Of a stretch of DNA of 49,383 nt, positions 20,189 to 28,766 are shown in pieces. Below the pieces are notes generated by a model that did not search any database, was not told the DNA's origin, and saw nothing but the letters and a program-made list of their open reading frames with translations. The stretch spans positions 1 to 49,383 of the forward strand of contig JBAWZR010000001.1 in NCBI GenBank assembly GCA_037142915.1. Reading direction: 5' to 3'. Source of the stretch: Candidatus Moraniibacteriota bacterium. Lineage in GTDB: Bacteria; Patescibacteriota; Minisyncoccia; Moranbacterales; UBA1568. Position numbers and translations under genes: made by a program. Numbering within the stretch: the first letter of the stretch is position 1; the number at the start of each line of letters is the position of its first letter.

Positions 20189-20698
20189 ATGAATCAAGAA
20201 TTTACAATGGCGAGCTTGCAGCAAGTGCTCGACTACGATAATGCGCGAGTGCTTAACAAGTTTCGCACCATGTATTCCGTTTCGCAGGATGAAGTGCAAG
20301 AGATCTTTACTGAAATGAAAAAATGGCTTTGGCTAAGTGCTCAACGAAAAGCTTCCGTTAGAAATGGGCAACTGAAAGATTTCGGTACGCTGGTTATTCA
20401 TACCGGAATGGTTATCATCGACGAGTTGTGGCACACTTTCATTCTTCATACGCAGGATTATACGGATTTTTGCAATCGGTATTTTGGATTTTATATCCAT
20501 CATTCACCAGGGAGTCCAGATTTTCTACCACAGTCGGACGAGAAGAACCGAGAGCAGCTCAATTATATATGGGATCTCTTAGGTGGAGAAACTCTTGTTA
20601 GATGGTATGAAGAATATCCTGTAAGGTACTCCCCAGAAATATTGCTTGGGTTGATACGTCAGCCGGTATTTGGCAGACCTTGTGAGGTGGTGGTATGA
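20189..20698 (+). CDS. glycine-rich-domain-containing-protein-like (GRDP/DUF1399-like) protein
   Basis: The IIDELWHTFILHTQDYTDFCNRYFGFYIHHSP motif (D-x2-WH-x-[HF]-IL-x-T-x2-Y) is shared with the paralog at 39520..39987. RBS AGGAGG upstream. 4-nt overlap with the next gene. Confidence 0.55.
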   Translation: MNQEFTMASLQQVLDYDNARVLNKFRTMYSVSQDEVQEIFTEMKKWLWLSAQRKASVRNGQLKDFGTLVIHTGMVIIDELWHTFILHTQDYTDFCNRYFGFYIHHSPGSPDFLPQSDEKNREQLNYIWDLLGGETLVRWYEEYPVRYSPEILLGLIRQPVFGRPCEVVV

Positions 20699-21321
20699 GT
20701 GGGATTGAACCTTGTCCCGATATGGTCCGGTCTCGTCTTGATGAGTATGGTTTCGCGGTAGTAAAGACAGAGAATCTTGATGGATTTTATGCAATATGCA
20801 ATTTGCTGGGAAAAATCAGTCAAACGATAGAAGTTCGTTTGAACCCTGAAAAGGATCAGTATCCATACTGTGCTGATGCGGTGCCGTTTCATACGGATCA
20901 TCCGCACGTGCCGATAGTTGCATGGTATTGTAATCAACAAGATGCTGATAATGGCGCTAACCTGCTTGTAGATTCAAGAGAAATAGTTTGCAAGATGTCG
21001 ACTGTCGAGCAAGAGGCGCTACAGAAGATTCAATTGCGAGTGTTTCATTGTGATGAATATCGACCACTTCTCAGAAGTAATCCGTATCATATATATTGGT
21101 TACCAGTTGTGATTCAAGAAGCGCTGACATATGCCGATACCTTACAAGCTGCCGCTATAACATCGTTTCATGAGGAGCTTGTAAAACAAATGGAGAATGT
21201 CGTGTCACTGAAGTTGAATGTCGGCGAAGCACTGTTCGTGAATAACAGAATAATGCTTCATGGACGTCACGCTATCGCGCAGAATAGCATTCGCCATTTG
21301 ACACGAGCTTATGTGGTGTAG
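20695..21321 (+). CDS. TauD/TfdA-like Fe(II)/2-oxoglutarate dioxygenase
   Basis: PFHTDHP (H-x-D facial-triad motif) and the distal NNRIMLHGRHA resemble the TauD-family pattern. Confidence 0.6.
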   Translation: MSGIEPCPDMVRSRLDEYGFAVVKTENLDGFYAICNLLGKISQTIEVRLNPEKDQYPYCADAVPFHTDHPHVPIVAWYCNQQDADNGANLLVDSREIVCKMSTVEQEALQKIQLRVFHCDEYRPLLRSNPYHIYWLPVVIQEALTYADTLQAAAITSFHEELVKQMENVVSLKLNVGEALFVNNRIMLHGRHAIAQNSIRHLTRAYVV

Positions 21322-21334
21322 TTTTGATTCTTAA

Positions 21335-21371
21335 GACTCCAAACGATAAACAATCGTTTGGAGTCCTTTTT
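21335..21371 (+). terminator. strong intrinsic terminator
   Basis: 13-bp stem GACTCCAAACGAT/ATCGTTTGGAGTC, loop aaaca, then CTTTTT. Confidence 0.8.
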
Positions 21372-21443
21372 ATAATAAGCATGTATTTCAAAATCAGTGT
21401 ATACTTATCTTAGTAAGTAGTATATGCAGTATTTTTATCGAAT

Positions 21444-21971
21444 ATGGAAAAACGCCTTTACAATATCGTTACCGAAACAATGGGAGCGGACTTCTTTCAG
21501 AACGTTACGGTTTTGGATGTCGGTTGTGCTCGTTACGCCGAGAGCATCGCCTTGCGGGATATGGGAGCGGATGTCACAGCACTTGATGTGCTCAAGCGAG
21601 AGGAACCGCCGGAGCGCATCCGTTTTGTCTTGAGTAACTTCTTAGAATGGCAGCCGGATCAGGCATTCGATGTGCTCTACCTTTCTAATTCAGCTCTGTT
21701 CATGCCGAATGCAGATGTCTTCGAAAAAATAGCAGCACTCCGGCCGAAAACAGTCGTCGTCCGCACGATGTATGACTACCCTGAACCGAATTGGGATGCC
21801 AGTCAGTTGAAGCAGCTCTATTTTACCAAACCATCCGATTGGGTCGATTATTTCGAGCCATTGGGGTTTTTGACCATGCATACCGACATCTACGAAGAAG
21901 TGTCTCCTGATATGCTTGGTAGCGTACGTACCTTTCGGGTTACGGAATATATTGGAAGGAGATCTGATTGA
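21444..21971 (+). CDS. class I SAM-dependent methyltransferase
   Basis: VLDVGCARYAESIALRDMGADVTALDV matches motif I plus the acidic residue after beta-2. 175 aa. Confidence 0.7.
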   Translation: MEKRLYNIVTETMGADFFQNVTVLDVGCARYAESIALRDMGADVTALDVLKREEPPERIRFVLSNFLEWQPDQAFDVLYLSNSALFMPNADVFEKIAALRPKTVVVRTMYDYPEPNWDASQLKQLYFTKPSDWVDYFEPLGFLTMHTDIYEEVSPDMLGSVRTFRVTEYIGRRSD

Positions 21972-22058
21972 TAACGGATGAAATATAGTGAGAGCGGGTA
22001 GGGGGTAAGCTACGAAAGTGACACATACTGAAAACATGCATCATTCTCCATCAAAAAA

Positions 22059-22104
22059 GTTCGAACATCGTCCCATATGTCCCGCCATCGTTACGCGAAA
22101 GCGA
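22059..22104 (+). repeat. motif B copy 1: tRNA-3'-end-like 46-nt motif (possible relic att site)
   Basis: GTTCGAACATCGTCCCATATGTCCCGCCATCGTTACGCGAAAGCGA is similar to 30366-30411. It partially resembles the tRNA-Asp 3' end plus flank (GTTCGAGTCTCGTCCAGTCCGCATCGATTAC). Confidence 0.35.
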
Positions 22105-22138
22105 GAGAGAAAACACACATAATCAGCCTCATAAGGGG

Positions 22139-22304
22139 CTGTTTTTGTTTTACTTCTGCAAAAATACGGTATAGAATAGGGGTAAGAGATTTTGAATTCC
22201 TCCCCACCTTTGCGAAGGCGGGGATTGAGGGGCGGTTGAGTTGCATGCGGCTCTGATACAACACCATCCCTCCAGTGGGACAACAAAGGGCTATTGAAAG
22301 CCAT
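22139..22304 (+). repeat. module A copy 1 (166-nt core): T-tract, promoter-like hexamers, conserved leader
   Basis: Near-identical (2 substitutions as read) to 30725-30890 and 41110-41275. It is preceded by its own 7-bp hairpin (22124-22141, CAGCCTC-ATAA-GGGGCTG). TTTACT (22149-22154), 17-nt spacer, TAGAAT (22172-22177). It ends 75 nt before ATG 22380. Confidence 0.85.
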
Positions 22305-22379
22305 CCGTTTCGGCACACGAGGCGACCGCCGGTTTCGGAAAGAGGAGGTTGTAGAAATATTGAAAAGAAAATAATCGTT

Positions 22380-25300
22380 ATGGAAAAAGAAAAAGAGCTT
22401 TCCAGTTTCATAAAATACTGCCTTGGCTATGTCCGGATGACTCGTCAGCGGACGGCTTTGAGTCAGAAAAAGTATTCCATCGAGTTGCCAGCCAACACTT
22501 TTAGTTTGGCTGGCTTACTAAATGGCGAAGAGGATGGAAGTTTGGCAGAACTTATAAACCTAGATACTTTTTATGGATACGATCCAAAGGATGTTCCGGA
22601 GGACTTGAAAGAGGTATATGAAAAAGAGAAGGCATTGGCGAATAAAATAGATGAAATTCACAGTAAATATAGGAATGATCCTTATACAAAACAGACAATT
22701 TTGAATTTTGGTTATTTTGAAATAGAGATACCCACAGAGTCAAATGGTGATGTTGTGGTTGCTGATGATGCTGATGAAGAACCGCAAGCTGAAAATCTAA
22801 AAACGAAAATTGATCGTTATCCACTCTTTACTTTGCCGATACGCATTGAGGCAGATTTTGATAAGGAAGCAAAAAAATATTCTGTCTATTTTGTTGATTC
22901 GGAAATACAGGTGAATATCGGTATTCTCGAGCCAATTCTTGGGGAAGATTTGTATTTTCGTCTTTTGGAAGAATTGGGCGAATATGAAATGAACGGATTG
23001 CTGACTTTGCCAATTTCAGATCTTGAAGTTTTTAGAGAGATTTGGCACAAGATAAAGGCACAGCTCCGTTTGAAGGACGCGAATTTTGACGAAGAGTCTT
23101 TTTCCTTAGAGGATGTGAAAATTTCTTTGAGTCCGAAGGCGAACTATTTTCTTGCTGAGGATCTTACAAAATTAGCGCAATTACCAGAGGATGCTTTGGA
23201 AAATACCGCCCTCACGAGCTGGACGCAGGATGAAGAGCTTAATATTGAGTCGGATATTCCTCATGAACAAGAATTATTTTTTCCATTTTTGTATGATAAG
23301 TATCAACTTTCGACTCTCTCAATCCTTAATAACAAGGCATCGATTATTCAAGGACCTCCTGGAACAGGGAAATCCGAAACCATCTCGAATATTTTGTGTC
23401 ATTTGGCGGCGACTGGAAAGCGAGTATTGTTCGTGAGTCAAAAAGCTCAGGCTCTCAAAGTGGTCAAAGACAAGTTGAATAAACTGAATGTTAAATATCT
23501 GTATGGGTATTTACCGAATCCAAATTCTGCTCAGATAGGTGAGGAAGATGAGATGGATGGTATTGCTCCGCAATTGAGTGCTTTGAGTTCTCATATTGAT
23601 CGGCTTGGATACAAATTCAATAGGAGGGGGCGTTTGATTGAGAGTAATGACGCTGTGTTAGAACAACCGAATATATCTAAAACAGTTGCTCAGAAAGAAA
23701 AGTATACGAAAATCTTCAATTCAGTAATTGATATTCAGCGTTATATTTACAAACTCCATCAGGAATTGAAACAGTTAGTGGATTATGATATTGAAATTAC
23801 GGATTCTGAAAACTTCTCAAGAGAATTTTCATCCGAGATTTGGGATGGAATAAAAAACATGAAACAGGAAGCTGTGAGGCTTTCAAAAATTATTGAAGGT
23901 TATGATGGCAGTGACGAAAAAGAATATTTTGATAAACTGTTTTCTAGTTTGGAGGTGAGAGGGAAAGAATACGCCCCTGTCTTAGAGGCAATTCGTGATG
24001 ATATGAATGCTTCTGGCTTTGACGGACACTCTAAGATTGGGCGTTCTTTGAATAATTTCTATAGAAATATCCGCCTCGGGTCTGTATTTTCTCAGCTGCC
24101 CAGAGAGATTCGTGATTATATTGACGAGGAGTTGAAGAAGGACATTTCGAGAAACGAAGCAGTTAAATTCCTAAACTTTCTCCATACGCACTGTGCTTAT
24201 CACGAAGCTGTTGAGCGTCTACAAGACCTCGAAACAGATTTCCGAGAAAGACTGGCGGGTTGTGGAGTTTCGGAGGAAGAGTTTTCTTTGCTTGAGAATT
24301 TGATTGATACCTCAAGCACTGATGGATTGGATGATGTAAAAAATAAAATATTGAGAGTTCAAGAAATTAAATCGGAGCTTTTGACGCTGTTCAAGACGGA
24401 GAGTATCAATAGAGCGTCTTCGGCATTGAAAAGTATTGAGCAAGAACGGAAAGATCGTGTCGCTCTGTACATTCAAAATATCGTGAATAAGAATATTCTT
24501 GAAAAATGGAAAACAGGCATAATGATCAAACAAATTATCCAAAAATTCTCGCGCGCCTTTGGAAAATCAAAAAAGGCATTCAAGACATTCGATAATCTTC
24601 GGAAAGATGCCGATAATTTTAATGCGGTACTCGACTTGATACCGATTTGGATTATGGAATTGGATGATGCAAGTCGGATCATCCCTTTAGAATCAGGAAT
24701 CTTTGACTATGTGATTTTAGATGAAGCATCACAGTGTAATGTGGCATATACTTTGCCAGTGATGTTTCGATCATCGCGGGCGATTTTTGTTGGCGATAGC
24801 GAACAGATGCGTGACAGTACGATAATGTTCAAGTCAAATCGCGTTTTTGATGAATTAGCTCGACGCTATCAGATACCTGAAGAGCATCAGATCAAGGCCA
24901 CTGGCTCAGCAGTGCAGTCGGTTCTAGATATTGCCAAAAATCGTGGATTTATGTGCCGAACGCTCCACTATCATTACCGCTCCCCAATGGAATTGATTGA
25001 TTTTAGCAATCGGTATTTCTATAAGCCGAATGGAAAAGATTTGATCCCACTCAATAATAATTACTTGACCTACAAGGATACAAACCGCGTCCTATTACTT
25101 CACCATGTTCAATCGGATTGGAGTGAGGAAATTTCCGACAATGTGAATGTCGCCGAGGCAAAAGCCATTCTCAATCTATTCAAGGAGCTACGCTCCGATG
25201 AGCACTACCAAGATAAATCAATTGGTATTCTCGCATTTTTCAACGCACAAGCGAGTTATATTCGAGAACTCTTTGAAGAAGCGGGCTATAAAGAGGAGAA

Positions 25301-25952
25301 AGAAAACTACAAAGTGAGCATCGTTGAGGGTATACAAGGAGATGAGAAGGACATTATCATCTATTCTTTTGTTATCCGTGATCCAAAACAGAAGAATCGT
25401 TATGGTGCATTAACTGGTGAGGGTGGAGATATTCGAGGGGATATAAACAAAGGGCGCGTTAATGTTGCTTTCTCGCGAGCGCGTTTGCAAGTACATTGCT
25501 TTACAAGTTTATTGCCACATGAAATGCCAACGGGAATTTGGCTGAAGAAATATCTTGAGTATGTCGAAGAGAACGGCGAAGTCGCCTTTAATTCAGGAGA
25601 TTTAAAGCCTTTCGATTCTTATTTTGAAGAGGAGTTTTACCATCTACTCAAAGCAAAACTAAAAAGAGGTTACAAAATACAAAATCAGGTTGAGAGTTGC
25701 GGCTTCAAAATTGATTTTGTCGCAAGCAACTTGAAGACGGGAAAGCGCCTTGCCATAGAATGCGATGGCCCGACACATTTCAAGGACGAGATCGATGAAG
25801 AGTATGGCATTTATATTGAAAGTGATGAAGAAAGACAACGAGTACTCGAAGCAGCCGGCTGGCAGTTTTGTCGGATTAAATATGCAGACTGGATCAATGA
25901 GAATTTTGATCGGGATGCCGTTGTCGCTTATGTTGAGGAATTACTGAACTGA
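22380..25952 (+). CDS. DUF4011-like N-terminus + SF1 (Upf1/DNA2-like) helicase + C-terminal DUF559/Vsr-like endonuclease domain
   Basis: 1190 aa from ATG 22380. Walker A IIQGPPGTGKSET, motif II VILDEASQ, VGDSEQM, and late helicase motifs (EGIQGDEKDIIIYS, VNVAFSRAR). The C-terminus FKIDFVASN...RLAIECDGPTHF is typical of DUF559-type nuclease. The upstream part of ORF 22275 lies inside repeat A and is not counted. Confidence 0.85.
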   Translation: MEKEKELSSFIKYCLGYVRMTRQRTALSQKKYSIELPANTFSLAGLLNGEEDGSLAELINLDTFYGYDPKDVPEDLKEVYEKEKALANKIDEIHSKYRNDPYTKQTILNFGYFEIEIPTESNGDVVVADDADEEPQAENLKTKIDRYPLFTLPIRIEADFDKEAKKYSVYFVDSEIQVNIGILEPILGEDLYFRLLEELGEYEMNGLLTLPISDLEVFREIWHKIKAQLRLKDANFDEESFSLEDVKISLSPKANYFLAEDLTKLAQLPEDALENTALTSWTQDEELNIESDIPHEQELFFPFLYDKYQLSTLSILNNKASIIQGPPGTGKSETISNILCHLAATGKRVLFVSQKAQALKVVKDKLNKLNVKYLYGYLPNPNSAQIGEEDEMDGIAPQLSALSSHIDRLGYKFNRRGRLIESNDAVLEQPNISKTVAQKEKYTKIFNSVIDIQRYIYKLHQELKQLVDYDIEITDSENFSREFSSEIWDGIKNMKQEAVRLSKIIEGYDGSDEKEYFDKLFSSLEVRGKEYAPVLEAIRDDMNASGFDGHSKIGRSLNNFYRNIRLGSVFSQLPREIRDYIDEELKKDISRNEAVKFLNFLHTHCAYHEAVERLQDLETDFRERLAGCGVSEEEFSLLENLIDTSSTDGLDDVKNKILRVQEIKSELLTLFKTESINRASSALKSIEQERKDRVALYIQNIVNKNILEKWKTGIMIKQIIQKFSRAFGKSKKAFKTFDNLRKDADNFNAVLDLIPIWIMELDDASRIIPLESGIFDYVILDEASQCNVAYTLPVMFRSSRAIFVGDSEQMRDSTIMFKSNRVFDELARRYQIPEEHQIKATGSAVQSVLDIAKNRGFMCRTLHYHYRSPMELIDFSNRYFYKPNGKDLIPLNNNYLTYKDTNRVLLLHHVQSDWSEEISDNVNVAEAKAILNLFKELRSDEHYQDKSIGILAFFNAQASYIRELFEEAGYKEEKENYKVSIVEGIQGDEKDIIIYSFVIRDPKQKNRYGALTGEGGDIRGDINKGRVNVAFSRARLQVHCFTSLLPHEMPTGIWLKKYLEYVEENGEVAFNSGDLKPFDSYFEEEFYHLLKAKLKRGYKIQNQVESCGFKIDFVASNLKTGKRLAIECDGPTHFKDEIDEEYGIYIESDEERQRVLEAAGWQFCRIKYADWINENFDRDAVVAYVEELLN

Positions 25953-25990
25953 GAAAATATTTTTAGAGCATAGATTTAAGATGAAATAAT

Positions 25991-27277
25991 ATGAATGAAA
26001 TTATCTGTCCGCATTGCGGAAAAACCTTTAAGGTTGACGAGGCTGGTTTTGCTGACATCCTGAAACAAGTCCGCAATCATGAGTTTGAAAAAGAACTACA
26101 TGCGCGTGTGGAAATGTTCGAAAGAGAGAAAGAAAACGCCATCAAACTCGCAGAGGCTAATATTACGAATACATTGCAAAAGGATCTTGCGAAGAAGGAG
26201 TCTGAGTTAGCTGAACTAGAGGCTAAAAAAGAACGCGAGCTTACTGAGCTTACAGCCAAGAAGGAGGCTGAACTTGCCGAAATGAAATCAAAAATAAACA
26301 ATGCAGAGCTTGAGAAAAAACTTGCTGTCACTGAAGCAGTCAATAAAATTGAGAAAGAGCGTGATGAACTTTCCGGTGAGCTGAAAAGCAAGGATACTGA
26401 GAGACAATTGCTGGAGACATCGCTAAAGGAAAAGTATGCCACTGAGCTTAAGACTAAGGATGACATCATCAAAATGAAGGACGAGGAGATTGCTCTCCGT
26501 AAAGACATGAAGCTCAAGCTCTCGACAAAAATGATCGGTGAAACACTCGAACAGCACTGCGAGACGGAATTCAATAAGCTCCGTGCGACTGGCTTTCAGA
26601 ATGCCTATTTCGAAAAAGACAATGACGCAAAAACCGGTAGCAAGGGCGATTATATTTATTGCGAAAAGGATGAGGCGGGCAATGAAATCATTTCTATTAT
26701 GTTCGAAATGAAAAATGAAGGTGATGAAACCACTACCAAAAAACGAAATGAAGAGTTTTTTCGAGAACTAGATAGGGATCGCATTGAGAAAAAATGTGAA
26801 TATGCTGTATTAGTAACGCTTTTGGAAGCTGAAAGCGAACTTTACAATACCGGAATTGTTGATGTTTCCCATAAATATCCAAAAATGTATGTCGTTCGCC
26901 CGCAGTTTTTCATCTCTATGATAACGCTGCTACGAAACGCCGCTATGAATTCCCTCAAATATAAAGCCGAGCTTGCTCTGATAAAGAACCAGGATATCGA
27001 CATTACCAATTTCGAGGAAAATATGAATAAGTTTAAAGAGGGTTTTGCTAAAAACTATCAGCTAGCTTCTGATCGCTTTAAAACAGCTATCGAAGAAATA
27101 GACAAAACCATTGACCACCTCCAGAAAACCAAAGATGCCCTCTTGTCGTCTGAAAACAACCTCCGTCTCGCCAATAACAAGGCAGAAGATCTGACAATCA
27201 AAAAACTAACACGCGGGAATCCTACGATGACAGCGAAGTTTGCAGAGCTTTCCAATACCGACAAAACCATAGAATAA
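25991..27277 (+). CDS. DUF2130-like protein (Zn-ribbon, long coiled coil, RmuC/PD-(D/E)xK-like C-terminal domain)
   Basis: N-terminal CPHCGK, then about 170 aa of E/K/L-rich coiled coil, then GDYIY...IMFEMKNE...YAVLV, resembling a nuclease-like core. Confidence 0.7.
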   Translation: MNEIICPHCGKTFKVDEAGFADILKQVRNHEFEKELHARVEMFEREKENAIKLAEANITNTLQKDLAKKESELAELEAKKERELTELTAKKEAELAEMKSKINNAELEKKLAVTEAVNKIEKERDELSGELKSKDTERQLLETSLKEKYATELKTKDDIIKMKDEEIALRKDMKLKLSTKMIGETLEQHCETEFNKLRATGFQNAYFEKDNDAKTGSKGDYIYCEKDEAGNEIISIMFEMKNEGDETTTKKRNEEFFRELDRDRIEKKCEYAVLVTLLEAESELYNTGIVDVSHKYPKMYVVRPQFFISMITLLRNAAMNSLKYKAELALIKNQDIDITNFEENMNKFKEGFAKNYQLASDRFKTAIEEIDKTIDHLQKTKDALLSSENNLRLANNKAEDLTIKKLTRGNPTMTAKFAELSNTDKTIE

Positions 27278-27321
27278 AATATGAACACATTCAAATATCT
27301 AACTTTATCAAAAAACAAATT

Positions 27322-27795
27322 ATGAACGACATACTTTTTGCGAGAAATTTGGTAAAAGGAAAAATCGCGGAAACGGTATTTGCGCAGATGCTCCGACAGT
27401 CGGGCGAGTTTACGGTTTTGGAATTCGGTTATGAGAAAATCATTCCACAGTTTATCCAAAACGGACGGAAGGAAGACAATGAAATGATTGAGACGCTCAG
27501 GACTGCACCGGATTTTGCCGTGATCAATCACAAGACACGGGAAGTTCGTTTGGTCGAGGTGAAATATATGCAATCCTTACGGCAAGAGTATGTCTTGAAA
27601 TTCGCCGAAAGGATGCATACCTCGTGGAATCCGTCTTACTTGTTTGTGGCGACTTTGGACGGGTTTTACTTTGACGAGATCAATGAAATCATAAAAAACA
27701 AAGGGAATATCTCTTCGCTTCAACACCCGCAAATCTCGGAAGAAATTCAAAACCAATACCTGCAGATCATCAGGGATTTCGAAAGAGGAAAATGA
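27322..27795 (+). CDS. small PD-(D/E)xK nuclease-fold candidate
   Basis: KGKIAETVFAQML ... APDFAVIN ... VRLVEVKYM gives an E / PD / ExK arrangement as in YraN/Hjc-like nucleases. 157 aa. Confidence 0.45.
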   Translation: MNDILFARNLVKGKIAETVFAQMLRQSGEFTVLEFGYEKIIPQFIQNGRKEDNEMIETLRTAPDFAVINHKTREVRLVEVKYMQSLRQEYVLKFAERMHTSWNPSYLFVATLDGFYFDEINEIIKNKGNISSLQHPQISEEIQNQYLQIIRDFERGK

Positions 27796-27819
27796 AGATT
27801 ATAATTTTAGTTTCACCTT

Positions 27820-28503
27820 ATGTCCTACCCAAAAGTCCGTTTCAAGATTAGCAAGAAATTCGATAAAGAAATCGGGGTATACTTTCTCAATAATAAGATC
27901 GGGAAGTACGACTTCGGTAAGGACCGGATTATTAGCGAACACCCTGTTTTTTCGAAGTGGCGAAAATTGAGCGAAGAGGATTTGTGGAAACAGGTTAATC
28001 CGTATGTTGACCGATACTATATTGAACATCAAGCGGAGATCGAATCCTCTTTGGTTGCTATGCAGGTGATATGGGATGCAATTGCCGAGCGGTACTTTCA
28101 AGAGATTGAAAAACTTTTCGGGTCGGTGTCTTTTTATCGTACCAAGACAATTACTGCGCATCTCTCGATTTTCAAGTGTGGGGTGATTGAGGATAATCTG
28201 CGCGGTTTTCAGATTTGGTATAAGACGGAGAGCGAGCCGGATGAGGTGCGTCGGCATATAGCGCACGAGGTATTGCACTTTTACTATTACGCTTACTTGA
28301 AGAAAATGAAGCAAGAAAAACTGCTCGAAAATTGGGATGCGACAGAGATTTTCAATCGAATCATTTTGAACCTCCCACAGTTTAAAGCCTTGACAGGAAA
28401 GGAAGAAATAGGCTATAGTATGCACACTAGAAGCCTCCCGAAATATCGGAAGCTCTGGCAGTCCTCGTCGAACCTTGACGAGTATTTGAGTAAACTTGGC
28501 TGA
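27820..28503 (+). CDS. hypothetical protein with HExxH motif (putative zinc metallopeptidase)
   Basis: RRHIAHEVLHFYYYAY is the only recognisable motif. 227 aa. Its stop is 15 nt before the Cys-peptide start. Confidence 0.4.
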   Translation: MSYPKVRFKISKKFDKEIGVYFLNNKIGKYDFGKDRIISEHPVFSKWRKLSEEDLWKQVNPYVDRYYIEHQAEIESSLVAMQVIWDAIAERYFQEIEKLFGSVSFYRTKTITAHLSIFKCGVIEDNLRGFQIWYKTESEPDEVRRHIAHEVLHFYYYAYLKKMKQEKLLENWDATEIFNRIILNLPQFKALTGKEEIGYSMHTRSLPKYRKLWQSSSNLDEYLSKLG

Positions 28504-28518
28504 ATGGAGGAAAATCCT

Positions 28519-28662
28519 ATGCCTAAGTCATTTGTTGTACCGGGTCAAGCGGCGTTTGACGCCCTGTTGCCCCAAAAAGCCCCCACTACCTCAGTCACCG
28601 GCCGTTGCGGCATGTGCTCAGGGCGTTGTGGCAAGTCGGCACCGAGGCGCGTAAAGCGGTAA
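28519..28662 (+). CDS. 47-aa Cys-rich peptide (candidate RiPP precursor)
   Basis: GGAGG lies 8 nt upstream of the ATG. Sequence is MPKSFVVPGQAAFDALLPQKAPTTSVTGRCGMCSGRCGKSAPRRVKR, with three Cys in GRCGMCSGRCG. It is directly upstream of a radical SAM/SPASM gene and is not in the ORF track (below 60 aa). Confidence 0.5.
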   Translation: MPKSFVVPGQAAFDALLPQKAPTTSVTGRCGMCSGRCGKSAPRRVKR

Positions 28663-28705
28663 GGGCGTATTAACGCTCAGGAAGTATGGCCATACTGACT
28701 GGCAT

Positions 28706-28737
28706 GGCGGGGGAGACTTTGTTTCCCTCGCCATTTT
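28706..28737 (+). terminator. hairpin between peptide and radical SAM gene (attenuator candidate)
   Basis: GGCGGGGGA-gactttgtt-TCCCTCGCC (9 bp, one G-U), then ATTTT. The T-tract is weak. Confidence 0.4.
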
Positions 28738-28766
28738 CATAGCACATTACAAATTGAAGGAGAACA

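Noticed and set aside
22124-22141. Hairpin CAGCCTCATAAGGGGCTG resembles the anticodon arm of the tRNA at 17649 (CAGCCTTCATAAGGCTG), suggesting a tRNA-Met remnant
   Set aside because: It lies downstream of the T-arm-like motif B, which is the wrong order for a tRNA. The match needs indels, and the hairpin is followed by a T-tract. A terminator reading is simpler.
22041-22411. Minus-strand ORFs of 91 and 106 aa, with near-identical counterparts at 30588..31088 and 40967..41388, suggesting a repeated small protein (…FLSHWRDGVVSEPHATQPPLNPRLRKGGEEFKISYPY…)
   Set aside because: Identity is at the nucleotide level and extends beyond the ORF ends, and two overlapping frames are both open. There is no RBS. 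The ORF starts and ends differ between copies. The region contains hairpins, a T-tract and promoter-like hexamers that fit a plus-strand non-coding module better.
27799-28425. 208-aa minus-strand ORF overlapping the HExxH gene
   Set aside because: Its composition is hydrophobic and Leu/Phe/Ile-rich, as expected for the antisense of an AT-rich gene. The plus-strand ORF fits the operon spacing and has a recognisable motif.
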